The translations under genes were made by a program, and so were the position numbers. From Amoebophrya sp. A120 (lineage: Eukaryota; Protista; Dinoflagellata), in the NCBI GenBank assembly GCA_905178155.1, contig CAJINV010000004.1, forward strand, positions 6,054,828 to 6,118,827: 64,000 bases of DNA. The letters run 5' to 3'. The notes under the pieces are model-generated. The model ran no database searches, was not told the origin of the DNA, and saw nothing but the letters and a program-made list of their open reading frames with translations. This document shows positions 47,506-61,466 of this stretch, in pieces (within the stretch, counting starts at the first letter, position 1; every line of letters starts with the position of its first letter).

Positions 47506-50500
47506 TCATTTTGGGAGGACGTTCCTCTCTCGCAAAAACGTTTTCGCCTCTCGCACCACATCCGCTGGGAAGAGGAGGTGAGACACATGCTCAACATCTT
47601 TCTCGTCGGTCTCGTATTTAGCGATGCGAAGTTCCGAAAAAGCCGCGCGGAAATTGTAGATGCCCAAAACCTATCCAGTGCAAAAGTATCGCACCTGTAC
47701 GCCCGGTAGCGGTACTTCTAGTCACAGTCATGCACAATAAATCGAATGGAATTGCCGGCATCTGATTCAGCATGAACAATTGCATTCTTGTTCTTAATCT
47801 TCAAGAAATGGAAGTGTGATAGAACGCAGTACAATACTTTTACACTGCATAAAACCTCGTCCAGCCAGTCAAAGCTTACGTTTCGCCACCAACAGACCGG
47901 CACTGGTTTATTCTCCCCGCGCTTCGTCTTCAGCACGACTTTCCGGCGCTTCTTGGCGGATTTAGCTTCACGTTGCTCTTCATCTGAGAGATCCACTGGG
48001 TCCTCACCGCCAATTGGTTTTGGTGCAGCAGCTGCAGTGGGAGACTGTCGTGCCGTTTTCTCCGCGACGCGGCCCGGAGCTGCACCTACTTCGTTGGTGG
48101 TGTAGTCGTCCGCCCTGCCATCTTGATCTTCTTCTACTTCGCGGTCAACACAATAGACCAATTTCTTGAATTTGCTTTCAACAACGGACGAACACGTTGT
48201 GTTCTTAGTAAGGTTGGAGGACAAAGCATGATCAAGATGACCGGAGGTCGCGGCAGCACCATGATCAGCCTTCGTTGTGGATCCAGCCGTTGATGTGTCG
48301 ACGCTTATGCGTAGCAGCACGTACGGGCCGCTCCGGAGTTGTGCAGCTGTTGTTGTACTGGTTTGCGTTTGTTCATCTGCGAGAAGTCCGCGTGAGGACA
48401 GCGACACTGTCGCTTGGTGCTGCCCCTCTATCAGTTTATTGCTGTTCTTGCTCTTGGCATTCGCGTTGGGGTGGCTTTTATTAAAACTCCCAAATGTTGA
48501 GATGACTGAACCTGTCCCATCAAAAAATTGCGAAGTAGTGGTGCTCGGCTTGGACCACGACATCGCTGCCGTTCCGAAAGATGAAATCGGTCCTTGGTTC
48601 TTGAGGTTCGTGCAGCCGCCAAACGCAGTGGGGAAGGAAGGAGACTTGCAGGTATTATTGAAAGACGTGGAGGTCGATCCAAAACTAAAACACGACGGCT
48701 GATGTGCCACGTTACTTTCGAATGATGATCCCGTAGCTGGTGCATCTTCAAGCGTAGGTCGTTGACCAACAAAACTTCTAAAACCGGCTGGGTCCACCTT
48801 TGTGGTAGTCGCAGAAGGTGGCTGTGGTTGTGTAGTAGTCCGCGTTGGAGGCGGAGCAAAAGTAGTGACCAATGGCTTCACTCCACGTGGTGGAGCCGCA
48901 GCGGCCCAGCAGCTGCTGGTGCCAAAAAACTGGGATGGTGCTGGTGCCGCTGTCTTCGAAGCGGTAGCAGGCGTTTGAAAAAAATTAACCCGCTGCAGTG
49001 TGCCAGCGTTTGGAGCTCCAGCGGCAAACTGCGACACAAATGCTGGTGGACGAGCAGCCCCTCCACCCGCAGCCGGCGCACAAAAAGCGGCCACTACAGG
49101 AGGCGGCTCGGCAAGAACTGCAGTAGATCGTGGGGCCGCGGGTGCCGGTGGTGGGGGCGCCGGAGCCTGTCCTGCTGCTTGGAGATGCGTAGAAGTTGCA
49201 GCTGGATTTTTAGGATCAACTGCGGATCGCGCTGGAAGATGATTCGATGAATCCTCCCCAAGAGGAAGGCCCTCCGAGTTTTTTTTACCCGCGGTGGTGT
49301 CCGCGTTCCGACCAACAAGGCAATCCACTGCGCCACAAGGTGGCCGAGCAGCGCCGCGAGACAGCAGAAAGCAGTCCAGAATATGGTCCTCCTCTCGGCG
49401 CTTTACCACTGCAAGCAGTACCGCCGCGACGTCATAAGGACAGGGGCGGCCCACGAGGGGAGGAAACATGCGTTTTTCATTTTCCACTTTCCCGTTCAGC
49501 TTCCAGAGAAGTCCCATGTGTTGCAGCGTATGCATAGCAAAAGCATCGCTCATCTCGTTGACTAGAATAAAATGCAACATTTTTTTTTTGCAACATATTC
49601 GTCCACATACAAACTTAAAGTTGAAGAGAGGTGGAATTTCTCATGCTGATCCATCTTAGGAGTGAGATTTGTCATGCGTGACTGCAATTCATGATACGAG
49701 AACGGTACTTTTGCACAGCATACAGCGTCCGTTCGAGCAACTTCTGCTCGATAAACCCACGACATGTCCTCGCCATCGCCGCTCTAACGGCCGCACGGGC
49801 GATGCGCGCATGGTCGTGCTGCGGATTATAGCAGTTGATGTCCACCTGGGACTTCTGATCTATAGCAGTAGATTGTTGCACACGCACACCGCTATCATTT
49901 CGCTCATGGTCCTCAAATATTTCCGGTGCTGCGTCGTCCCGTGCAGGCGCCGGCGCAGCCGCACGTGTAACAGCCTGCTTGGGCTTGGCCAGCGGGAACA
50001 TATTTGCTCCAACCTGCTCCTCCAGTCCACTGTCGCGCGTAAGGTAAAACGTGGCGAAGTAGTCTCCGCCATATCGTTTCAGGTTTGTCACCACGTAACG
50101 ACAGCCGATCATGTCCTGTCCGACCCCTTCTGCGGCGTTTGAAGATGCCCCGCCGCCCTGAAGGTAGTTGTACGCGGTTCCGTGCTGTGCAGATAAAGCA
50201 CCAGAAGTTTTATTCCGCGCATGAAGTAGATCTCCGCTGCTGAAGTGCGCTTCTCCTCCAGTCATGGTCTCCGGCGCTGGGCTGTTGTAGGGCAAGACGA
50301 GTTTCGCGAACAACTGCCCGACACTCGAATGCTCCAGCACTTCAGCGGGCGTGGGGCACAGCGGACCTCGACGTCCACGCGCGCCGTGAGAGAACTCGTC
50401 GAATTGCTGGATTGCCAGAGCACTAGTACACGCAGGCTGGTCTGCAAGAACTCCTGCGTCCGCTACGAGCAAAACGAGCTGCTTCTCCACATCTTGACAA

Positions 50501-53500
50501 CTGCTCGTCGTCGTGGTCCCACCTCCAGGAGGTGCAACGCGTGATGGCGCAAGATGAACACCGCTACTACCTCTAGTTATACCGCCTTGAGCAGAAGCTC
50601 TATTCGGCAGGCGATCATTTCCTCCTCCTGAGCACGGCTTTGAAGAAGACGACGCAGCTCCTGCACTCGAGGAATTTGATGCTGAAGCAACCGACCTCTT
50701 CTTGTTGCACAACACCGCTCGTAAGACCACCACGTCGATGCTGGGGACCAGGCCCGCTTGCACTCGCGTATTCCCGATCGGGATGGGAAGTCTCGGTGTG
50801 AAGCCAAGCTTAGGTAATCGGTTGTCGAAAAAAGTGCTGCACAGGAAATCCTCGGCCGGGAAAAGACTGCAGCTGTTAGACTCGAGAATGAAGCTCATCC
50901 GGTCTGTATCCAAAGGAAAAAGTAGAAGAACTGTGTAGCAGGAGTGATCGTGGAGTTGTGACAGCATGACAAAGTAGTTCTGGATGACAGAGACGAAGGC
51001 CAGTCAGATGCACAGCTAGTATCAGTGGAAACACACTTGGAAAGCATGACTACAAGTGTGTGGGATACAACTGCGTTAGATCATACTTGTTCCACTTACT
51101 AACTCATATAGCGCGTGTGCATTTCAAAAACTTCTTTTTAATAAACTATACATATATACACAGTTTTTGTTTTTTTCTTGCATATTCCTCTGATGTTTGC
51201 TCCACGTCCTCCTCGTCCTGCCGCAGGAGTGCGGCGGCGGCATTCGCCATCCGATCATCCACGACACTGTCCTTCTCCGACAGCTCCGTCGTGTTGGTCC
51301 TCGCGTATGGGTGTGTCAGGATCGAAATCGACAAGATCGAAAAATTTGCGATGCATAAAATGTAGGGCACTGAAGGTCTGTATTGGGGAGCAGGCAAATG
51401 AGACCGATAGCAAGCCTGTTTAGGTGTACTAATGTGCTGCCAGAGTAGCATGACAGGAGGAGTCTTCTTTGCCCAGACAGCGTGACAGACTGGATTTGGG
51501 TTCTCCCGAAGTTTGTCATGCGCCACTTGGAAACTGAGGCTCCAACTGACATCGATTTTGTGCATCACAAATTTTTCGACTTTGTCAATTTCGATTTTGA
51601 CACTTCCATATAATCGCGTTCCTAGAAAATAACCGGAACTCCGGGTGCGCTAGCGTTTGCCACCAGTGCTTGCCCGGACTGCCGGTCAGTCTTGCGTTCT
51701 GCAGGTTTATGTAGATTTTCGAGTTCATCATCCTCGTCGCGCCTTTTTTACTGCTCTGACTTCTAACCAGGTCCGCGTATTTCTGCTCCAGATGCTTGTC
51801 CCAGCGGGCGCGCATTACGTACCGACCGTCAGTGAGCAGAAGAAGTTGTTGTACAGGCGCAGAAGCTGCGGGCCGCTGATGTGCTAGTACCGATTTCATT
51901 CCCACCTCATCAAGATGAACTCCCTCGTCGCTTACGCTTTCATTGGGCGAAGAAGAACCACCTGCAGCTATTTCTTCAGACGTATCACTATGGTAGAAGA
52001 TCTGTAGCACTAAATGCAGCGGGCCAGCATCGTCGGCCAGGACGCGGCGTTTCACCACTTGACCGCTGCACATGTCCGCATTCGTCGCCTCCTCATACAG
52101 CTGGCGTAGTGCGGACGGGGACGAAGAGAATTTAGGCTTATTTGTTGCAAGAACGCCGGTAGTACATTTGGCAGGCGCGGTGCTACAATTTTTTGCCTGT
52201 CCCACCGGGTCCTCCTGGGGACGAAAGAACAATTCTTCGTCCCACCGCCGGGTGATAAAATCGCACAGGAATTTATTTTCGGTTGAGCGACTACTTGAAG
52301 CCCCAACAGCATCAACATCTCCTTGAATGGAAGAGGGAGAGAAGCAGGTCGCATGATCATTCGGGTTTGGAAGTTCGCGCGTCGTGCTGCCCTCTCGTCT
52401 TCCCTTGCCCTCTCGTCTTCCCTGATGCGGAAGGACGAAGAAGCATTGGAGTTGCGATGCAAACCATTTCCCGTCAAGCAGAAACTGCAAGTTGGGATGC
52501 AGCAAGGGATGAGTGGTCGTGCTGGGAACAGCCGGTGCTGGAGGTGCTGTTGTATCCCCATTGATGGTTCTTGCAGGTGTAGTTGTCTCATCTGTGTCCT
52601 TTGAGATTTTTGTGTCTGCCGGCTGCGTGGTCTTCGTCTTGGTGGATTTGTCTGCTTCGTGTAGTACAGGTTTTATTTCCGAACTTCCGCCGCCCACCTT
52701 CGAACACACGTGATGAAGCAGCCGACAAAATGCAATCCAAAGCATTTCACTTTCAGTTTCGCCCTGCTTCGAAAAGAACAACGAGGACGTGCTCGAAGCT
52801 TGGCCCGGGACACGCCCAGCTGCATGATCAGTGTGGTCCTCTAAGCTTTTCACAGGTGAAGTGCCACCAGATTGTCCGGGTGAAGCCGCGATCGACAAAT
52901 CGCGAACCAGAGAATCTACCAGCTCTCGATACTGATCTATCGTGCCCCCTCCACAGCACAGCGTCTCGCACACCTTTTGCAGCTGCCTCTTCGCATCTTC
53001 GACCTTCTCCTCAACGGTTTTTTCTTTGCGCGGTTCTTTGCCTTTATTTTTCTCCAGAGCAACAGCAGTGTTCGCGCTTTTCGTCGGTAGTTTTGCTTTC
53101 GCGACTGCCACTTTCGGCCTTCTGATCGGAATAAACTTGTTGGTCCGCAGTCCTCGCCCTACCTTCGCTAGTACCGCAGCCCCCCCGCGGTCATTTCCTT
53201 TTGCAGACATTGCGGCCTTGTTCCCGGCGGTCAACATGCGCAGTTTGATCTTTGGAGGGGGCAGTGCTGCCGCTCCCAAACTAGCGCCTCCACTAACTCC
53301 CTCCTCCTCCTCGGAAGAATCTTCGAAGATTTTCGCGACCCGCCTCCGCGCAGCTTCGCTCAGCTGGGGAGCTGCTGGCGTTCCGCCGTTTAGTTGTTCT
53401 AGCACCGGATTCCCTTCGCCTGCAGCTCCACCAGCCAGCTGGAAGGAAGAATTTTTTGTTTTGTTCTGTATCAGCGGCTGCAGGGAGGGCCCAGCAGTAG

Positions 53501-54347
53501 ACAAAAGTGGTCCTGTGCCTATCCTCGCAGCTCCTCCATTACCAGTAAGAAAGCTCCTTGTTGATGTCTTCTGGAACAAAGTTGCACTCGTGGCTGAAGA
53601 GGAACTAGCTAGCGTGAAGCCGGTCGCTGGGCGGGAGAGCGGCAGAAAGGAACTGTCCCCAGGTCCTCGTGCAGATGATGATCCAACCCCTCCCACACCG
53701 CAATCATTCATTTCTGATGTCGTATCTACTACTTCTGCACGTAGTAGTTTCGTCGCCGGGGGCCCAAGAGCAGCAAAATTATCTTCGTCAGAATCGTCCG
53801 CGAAAATTTTTCGCAGCTTCTCCTGCAGCAAAACTTGGCGCTTGGTGTTGGTCGGTGCTTCATCACCATTACGATTACCCGCTCCGCTGGTGGGATTGAT
53901 GCCACGACCTTCAACCCCAGAAGCTTGAAGAAATCCACCACCACCACCGCGGCGCTCCACGGCTTTTCCCGAGGCACAGGCGAAGGAGGACGCGGTGGTC
54001 GGCTGGGCGAAAAAGGTAGTACAAGAAGACGTCGCCGATGCATTGGGATTGGGATTGGCAAGCGTGCCTGAAGGCGATGACGCCGGCTCCTGGTCGTGGT
54101 GTGCCTGAGAGGTAGAGGACGTCATAGAAGTTGTAGGTTTTGCTGACGATCCCGTTCCCGCGGTTTTGAAAGAACCGGAAAAGTAGCATGATGAGCTTTG
54201 TAGTTTATCCTTATTGCCGTTTCCCGCTTGAAGATCGGCCTCATCTCCCGGTTTCATCTTGCCAATTGGTGGGAAGTTCATCATCGAGGCTGAGCCACTG
54301 CCGATGTCGATGTCCACTTGGCAATCTGCTTGTGGTCCTTCTGGCAT
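47506..54347 (-). CDS. BRCA2: BRCA2 homolog (BRC-like repeats plus OB-fold DNA-binding region)
   Basis: FxxA-type motifs (FKTAG, FTLAS, FQLAG) and LSEAARRRVAKIFED. Helical/OB1 signatures RRWDEE, SALRQLYEE, DDAGPLHLVL, LLTDGRYVMRARWD; then LESNS...KLGFTPRLPIPI...GLVPSIDVVVLR. Four elements are removed in frame; stop at 47506-47508. 5' end uncertain. Confidence 0.75.
47672..47851. mobile_element. Introner family C
   Basis: tatccagtgcaaaagtatcg / caatacttttacactgcata; DR aaacc. Confidence 0.9.
49529..49722. mobile_element. Introner family C
   Basis: Family C TIR; DR cagcg. Confidence 0.9.
50907..51184. mobile_element. Introner, degenerate
   Basis: tatccaaaggaaaaagtagaagaactgtgta vs reverse complement tatgcaagaaaaaaacaaaaactgtgta; DR only 2/5, but removal plus 5 nt gives SEERMSF in frame. 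Confidence 0.7.
51306..51613. mobile_element. Introner family F with 3-nt spacer before the DR
   Basis: Family F TIR ending cata at 51610, then taa, then DR tcgcg; frame restored. Confidence 0.88.
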
Positions 54348-56298
54348 TTTGGTTTTTTTCGCACTGTTGCTCCTACAAAATAGAATTTAGACGACGTACT
54401 AGCTGTGGCTGTCGGTGTCGGTGTAAGGACGAACAATAATAAACTACTCTCGAAGCTCCTACGCGCGATGACAAATTTGCCTTTCGCCACGTATCCGCCG
54501 GAAGTATTGACAATAGAAGCCATTTTGACAGAAGCAACATTTTCCTCTCTTCGATTTCGACAGCGACTCACATGATGACATCTTTTTTTTAAAGATCCTC
54601 GGGTCGCTCAACAACGATAGCGGTGGCCGACGAGGAGGCATGTGCCAGATTTTTGCTTGTTCTCTCCAGCGATATTAATCCGATCACGAAGAGGAAGAAC
54701 AGAAGAAGAAGTTTCCTTTCCGTAAGCAACTTCTTGCAGATGGACGACAGAAGCCGTTACTTCTTCGCTGCAATTTGAATTTCATTTTTTTCGCGGCGTT
54801 AAAGACAGTACATTTGACATTGTCATTTTCCAGAAAAAAAGTAAATAGTTCTGCTACTAGGTACCAGGTGAGATGAACGAGAAGTTGAGATGAACCTCCT
54901 GCGCATTTGTCATACTAATTGTAAAATCGTAATTGCTCAATGACGACCTTGCGGACTGCTACAAGGTGCCTCGCGGGATAAGTCAGAATAACTATAACGT
55001 TGTGCTTGTGCTATCATAATCATCAGAAAGGTGTGACTGTTGAGCTCAAAATCGTAATTTAGTCGTATGTGGAGAAAGAAGAAGATGATGAAGAAAATAC
55101 CTCAAGCTACAATCAAGCATTCTTGTCACAACACAGGTGCAGCCGGTCATGACAGAGAGTCGAGTCGTACTCGTTGTACAAAAAACTTCTACAGCGCAGC
55201 AAAGATCAGCTGAGAAGAAAAGTGATGACAGATGATAATGAAGCAAACCACATGTAAGCCTGCGAACCTGCTGTATACTTCCAAAAGGGAAGCAAATCCG
55301 AGCCAGAATGTGTGTATTCTCCATTGTCATGACGTCGAAATAAAATCGAAGTCGTATTGATTTACTTGGTGCTGTGCGTTGGTCTTGGTGCTACTGCTCA
55401 TATTGATTCCTCATAATGATGTTAATGGGTGCGTTTTCTAAACCTAAAGGTTTCAGGTCGTCTTTGGAGTTTCTCAGTTCTTGAAACCACAACTCGCAAT
55501 TCCACTCCGCAATGAAAATGCAAAGTGCGTTGCGGTAATATCCTGCAGGGGAAACTGAAGCTGAATGCATATTGGTGCATTTGTGGTAATGCGGTGGGCC
55601 CATACCATGACGATGACCCAATAAATGTTGCAAAGGGGAAAACAAAGGAGAAAAACAAAAACCACCCACTGAAAGCTGTTCGGCTAGGTAGCGAAACCAA
55701 TCCAGTACTTAATACATACTGCGCGCGCGGCGCACGTATTTTATATTACAGCGTCAAGTGCAATCAAATTGTATCTGATGTCGTTTAACTTTATTCTCAA
55801 AATGAGTTGTAAATTCGTGAGAAAAACGGCGGATTTCGATTCATCCAACAGTGTAAAACTTTTCTTCGTCATGCATCCAGGTCCAGCAGCGACACAACAG
55901 CGCAAAAAATGTCGGAAAAAGTACGGGCACAGCGCGCTCCCGATGTAGTTTCATGTTCATCGGAGGAAATTAAGATCATACTTTCACCCAGAGTTGGTCA
56001 GCCCAGCTTCTACGTCCCACCAACCCTAGGAGTGCCGGATTTTTTCGCTCAAAAGGGTTTGCTGCACATCAGACTAGGCTCCGATATGCAGCTGCTCAAC
56101 TTATGGTTAATATGACTTTCAATTCGTTCTCATCTTGAAAATGAACATGTCGTTTAAATTTGAAACCGCCTTGTACTTGTTACTTTTATCTATCGTTATT
56201 TTTCTAGTACGATTGAGGACCCAATTGTTTACTTGGCGCAAAATGCGCGTGCGTACAGGTACACCGTCGTTTGACAGTAGTTTCAACATTTCAGCCGT

Positions 56299-57334
56299 TT
56301 AATACTGCTGATACTGCTGGTTGTAGCCGTAGTATCCGTCCCAACCACCTTGACCTTGTTGCGGTTGCTGGCTTTGCTGGTCCCAGTTTTGCTGTTGAGC
56401 ATACATGTTGTTCGCCGGAACACCAGGCTTGCCGTATTGCTGTTTTGAATGTCATTCGAAAAACAAGTTTCCTCTGCTTACACTGCTAATAGATAGCAAA
56501 GAAAAAAGAAATCTATCACTTGCATCCGATAATACCGAGAGCGACGCTCTTTGTTGAGTGTATTCGTGAAGATCCAAATCCAATTATACCTGCTGCTGCG
56601 CATACTGTTGCTGCTGGTTCGGCTGAAACATCATGCTGTTTTGCTGCTGAGCCGGTTGCGCGGCCTGCTGCTGAGCGTACATATTCTGCTGTGCACTCGC
56701 CTGCTGCTGTGCGGCATACATGCTCTGCTGCTGCTGCTGTGGCGTTTGCCCGTACATCGGTTGCTGATGACCTGGCAACTGTTGCGGACGCGCAAATCCG
56801 GGCGCATTACCGTATTGCTGGTTGTAATTCGGCTGCTGTTGATTGTAATTTGGTTGCTGTTGCTGCTGCTGCGCATACTGCTGTTGTTGCTGCGCATACT
56901 GCTGCGCATATTGTTGCTGCTGCGCAGAAGTTGCCTGCTGTCCCGGTGGGCCGGGAGGTGCACCCGGGGCTGCACCCGGCATGGCAGCCCGCTGCTGCTG
57001 CTGCGCCTGCTGCACTTGGGCAGCCTGTTGTTGAGCAGCGTACTGGTTGTAGTACTGTTGCTGCGCTGCCTGCTGCGCCGGAGTCTGTTGTTGCTGACCG
57101 TAGAGTGGCTGTTGTCCGTACTGCGATGCTGTCTGCTGTGACAACTGACCGAAGCTGGACGTTGTGCTGCCCGGTGCCTGCTGCTGGAGTTGGTTCAACA
57201 AAGTCTGTCCCGGTTGCATCACACTCGTTGCCGGCGTCATCGCGCTTCCGATTTGCGAGGCCGCTTGCTGCTGCTGATGATGCTGTTGTTGGTGGTGCTG
57301 TTGTTGCTGCTGCTGATGTTGCTGCTGCTGTTGT

Positions 57335-57369
<35 letters not shown>

Positions 57370-60300
57370 TTGGTGCTGCTGTTGCGCAACTGCAGCCTGT
57401 TGCTGCTGATTGTACTGCTGATTGTTAGTGTAATTTTGTTGCGCCGTTGGGGCGGGTACACCTGCTGGCAATTGCGGTGTCTGGCTCGGGGGAGCTCCTG
57501 GAACACCAGCAGCTCCAGGGACTACGACGTTAGTGGTCGAAGCACTGCCTGCTGCACTACCCTGCTGATGTCCTAGTTGCTGCGCGGCACTACTATTGTT
57601 TTGCGGGGTTGCCATCGGCGTCGGCACCCCCGTCGGTTGCTGGTAACTGTGCGTCGCGCTTTGCGGGGTGGGGGTCGCGCCGGTCGTGTTCTGCTGCTGG
57701 TTATTAGTCCCGAACCCGCCAAGACTCGGGGTCGGCGCGCGGGACAAGTCGTTGGATTTTTTTCTGGCCTGTTGCTCGGCGGCGTACTTGGCCGCGGCAT
57801 TCGGGTCCAGCTTTTCCACTTGTTCGTCAAAGAATTCGATGATGACTTGCGCGGAGATCGGGTTCCTTTGTTCCGTCTTGCGGCCCCAGCCGACGAAGAT
57901 GTCCGCCGGCACGTCCTTCTTGGCCCCGGTGGCCTTCTCGGACCGCGGCTTCACCGACATGGAGACCCCGGCGATGTTCACGTAGACGCCGTCGCGAATC
58001 AGCTCCTTGCTGTTGCGAACCGCCTCGTCCTTGTCGGACCGCTGAAAAAACCAACAGAGCATGTCTCGGTGCCGCTCGTCTCGGAACGTCAACAGCGCGC
58101 AGCCAATTTCGGAGTGTTTCTTGGCGACCTGAAGACAGATGATTGTTGATCTTGTTTATCTAAAACTAAAACTTGTACAAGAGATTACCAAGCCAGGATG
58201 GATTCAGTACGTATAAAAATCAGTCCTCGCGGCGCACCACGCTTCGTCACATTTCATCACTCCTGAGTATTTATGAATGCCTTTCCTTTTAAACAGTCAC
58301 AAGTACAATGATGAACTAAAGTACGGTATTATACCATGTATTTCCCCTCTTTTTCCTCTGCTTTCCGATCTCTCTCGCCGCCGCCGCGCGTTCGGCCCTC
58401 GTCGCCGCCGTCCATGCCACTATTCCTGCGTTCCCGGTTCCCGTAGTCCTTGCGCTCGGACATCTGCATGCGCTCCACTCGGTCGTCCCTGTAGCTGAAA
58501 TCTGGTCGTCCAGACGATCCTTTGTTGTTCATGCCCCCACCACCTCCACGGTGGTTGTCGTTGTATCGGCCACCTCCCTTGTTGAAGCCTCCCTTGTTGC
58601 CACCAGCACCCCCCTGGTAGTCACCGGTATTGCTGTCAAACATGCCTCGCGGGTCGCTTGTCTGGGTGGGTGCGCGGCCCTGGAACCGGTCGGCGACGGT
58701 GGCGACGCCGGGTCGGTTAAAGTTGTTGTTCATGCCGTTCCCGGACGCGCTCGTGTAGTCCCGCCTCTCGCCGGTGTTCATATCGCGTAACCGACCCGCA
58801 TGCTCCGGGGCCACGCGGTCTTGCACCCTGCCGTTCATCACCATTTGCGTCTCGTGGCCGTGGTTCGGACTGTCGTGCAGGGAACCGTAATTCGTCTTGG
58901 ACGGACGGGGCTGTGACCAAAGTTGCCGATTTGAACAGATACGAAATCAAAAATTTTCATTTTGGTCTTCTAGGCAATAGTAAGTCTAACTAGATTCTTT
59001 GTATATCAAACCCAATGTGGTGCCCTTAAACATACCTGAAATAACTAAAAATGCGCTTAGAACATATCATTTGTACGCTGAAAGACTTCTTGCCCTTCTC
59101 CTCTCCTTGCAAGTCGTCCCATCCTGAGAGCACCTCATCGCCACCCTGTGAGTCGTTCGAAATTGCAAGAATCTATAAATGAAAATCTGTGTGTGCATTT
59201 TTATGCGATTTGAAGCACAAATAGTACGGATACTTTTCGTTTTCCGATCAATGCATACCATGGAAGCACCATTAGCACAGACATCCTCAAAGGCGCCGGA
59301 TAACTAGCGCAAGTACCTTCCCGTTGCTTTTTCCATCATTCTTCGGACCCTTCTTTCCCGCGAGCGGACCGCCGAATTTACTTCCGGCGTTTTTTGTTGA
59401 GGGCGTCGCGTTGAAGCGGTCGTACCCGTCCAGACCGGGTACCGCGCCGTAGTCGGGCGCGTCGTCGTACGCCTGAATGGGAGTTGAGATTGCAGTTTCG
59501 GCATGACAAAGCGAAATAAACTTCTCTTCAAAAATACTGCCTAGCATGGTATGCTCCAAGTTGGCGAAATTATTTGTGATGCATTTTGTACATCATGTTG
59601 TAAGGGAAATTTGTATTGCATAACATGCACGAAAATGATGATCCATACCTGCTTATTGGAAAGCGGCGACATCATTCCTTTCTTTCCGCCTGCTGGCCCG
59701 CTTCGCTCTGGACTTCCTGGGGGCGATTCCCTACTGTTTTTCCCTTCCACCATGCTGGCCTGCTTCGCAGCGCGGGCTCGCTCCATATTTGATATGTACC
59801 CCGGACCCTTCTTGCCGCCCATGGCTTGCTGGTGGGCGGGGACTGCTCCTGATGGAGCAGCTCCTGCGCTCAGACCATCGTCGTTGTTCTTGGTCATCTT
59901 TCCACCCTTGTTGGCCCCCCGTTCCGGACTACTGTAGTCGCCTCCGGCGCCCTTGCGGCTCGCAATATGGTGATCTCGCTCATCCTGATTGTACGGGTCA
60001 AGAACTACTTTTCCGCCCTTCTTGTTCATTTTCCCATAAGAAGTATGATCCGCCGCGCCGCCCTTCTTGCCGCCCTTGTAGTTGTACCCGTCGTCGTCAT
60101 CCGTCGTGTGCAAGTGCACCTGCCCCAACTTACTGGCGGTGGACTCCTTGCTCTGTGTGGGGCTGTCGCTGAGCTGCGCGGCTGCGCGGGTCAACTCGCC
60201 GAGCGTCTTGGGCCGCTCGGCCTCCGTGATCTCGCGCCAGTCGTTCAGTTCGCGGTCCCAGATGTGGTTGCGGTACCACTCCTCTTTCTCTTTTTTTTTG

Positions 60301-61466
60301 GCTTCTTTTTTGGCCTTCTTTTCGTCGAGCTTGCGCTGCTCCTCCTCCTCCCAGGCCTTGCGCTCCTCCTCCTTCTTGCGCTTCTTCTCCTCCTTCTGAA
60401 GCCGCTTTTCCTGGTAATTGTGATAAGAATTTACACGACAAACATGCACTCTTGTATCATTATCAAGCCCAAGCAACATCTTGGAGCCCTGATTTGTGTT
60501 TCACGAATGCGAATGACAAAAAGAGAGCTGATAGATACAGTTCTAGTTGAAGTTTCCTTCAGGAGCAGGACAGTAAAGTACATTACTAGGTAATAGTTCT
60601 CTTGCGATACAAGCAGTCGTGAAATTGTTGAAGAAAATACCTCCTCCCAATCCGCCCACCATTTTTCCTCCGCGGCTTTCTTCGCTGCCTTTTTTTCCGC
60701 CTTTTCCCGCTTCTTCTCTTATCACAGAGAAAAAAGCCTGCAGATTTGTAATGCAAATATAATGATAAATAATCTGTCATGGGCGGACCCATAGCATAGC
60801 ATATGCAATACAGTTTTTTTTTAAAAATTTTCTGTGTATTTATTTTTGCATTACTAATGATGTGACCTGCCGGCTTTTTTCTGTGTGATATCTCTTCCTC
60901 TAAACGCTTCTTCTCCTCCTCTTCCTGTCGTTTTCTTTCCTCGACCGCCATCTTCTGGCGCTCCTTCTTGGAGTATGACAGGGCACAACTCCCCCTCACC
61001 CTCATTTGCGTTGCATGAACAGCAACACAAGCGCGGGCAAAGAAAAAGATGCAGCTTTTGCATGACAAATTCCTAGGAGATTGTAGTGCTGTTTCGGATG
61101 CCGGAATCTGTCATGCAAACAGTACTAACAGGCAAAGGGTGGATTTGGTATTTTGCATTACTAATGCGGGGGAGGGGGAGTTGTGCACTTTCATATGGAG
61201 ATTACCGGTTTCCAGGCGTCTGTCACCTCGGTTTTTTCCGCCAGGATGGCGTCCACCTGACGCTGCACGGCATCCTCGTCGCAGTCGCACTTTTCCACGA
61301 TCTCGCACAGCTCGTTCTTGCTGTACGCAAGGTCCTGGAGCATGGGGTACAGGTTGTCCACCAATTTCTGCCCCTTCGCCGGGAGAAAATCGTACAAATT
61401 TTGCTTTTTCCCATCGTCGCCAAGAATCTCCAGCACCCGCCGGCTCTGCGCCACGCGGTCGTCCAT
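56299..61466 (-). CDS. Protein with UBA-like N-terminus, coiled coil, Gly/Lys-rich region, RRM-like domain and Gln/Tyr-rich prion-like tail
   Basis: ORFs at 61191, 60586, 59541, 59287, 58329 and 56584 plus a last exon ending YQQY* at 56299 join through two introners and several GT-AG introns. Domain names assigned by eye. Confidence 0.72.
57265..57420 (-). repeat. Coding polyglutamine (CAG/CAA) tract
   Basis: (ctg/ttg)n on the plus strand. Confidence 0.9.
60720..60890. mobile_element. Introner, singleton family M
   Basis: tatcacagagaaaaaagcctgcag / ctgccggcttttttctgtgtgata; DR tctct. Confidence 0.9.
60974..61195. mobile_element. Introner family B
   Basis: Family B TIR; DR tggag. Confidence 0.93.

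Noticed and set aside
6907-54347. Pseudogenes or stop-codon reassignment to explain fragmented ORFs
   Set aside because: The breaks I traced are explained by elements or GT-AG introns, and the rebuilt exons have no internal stops
54350-54640. Possible further decayed element or 5' exon upstream of BRCA2
   Set aside because: Only a partial motif (gatgacaaatt) is present; I could not define paired ends or a DR
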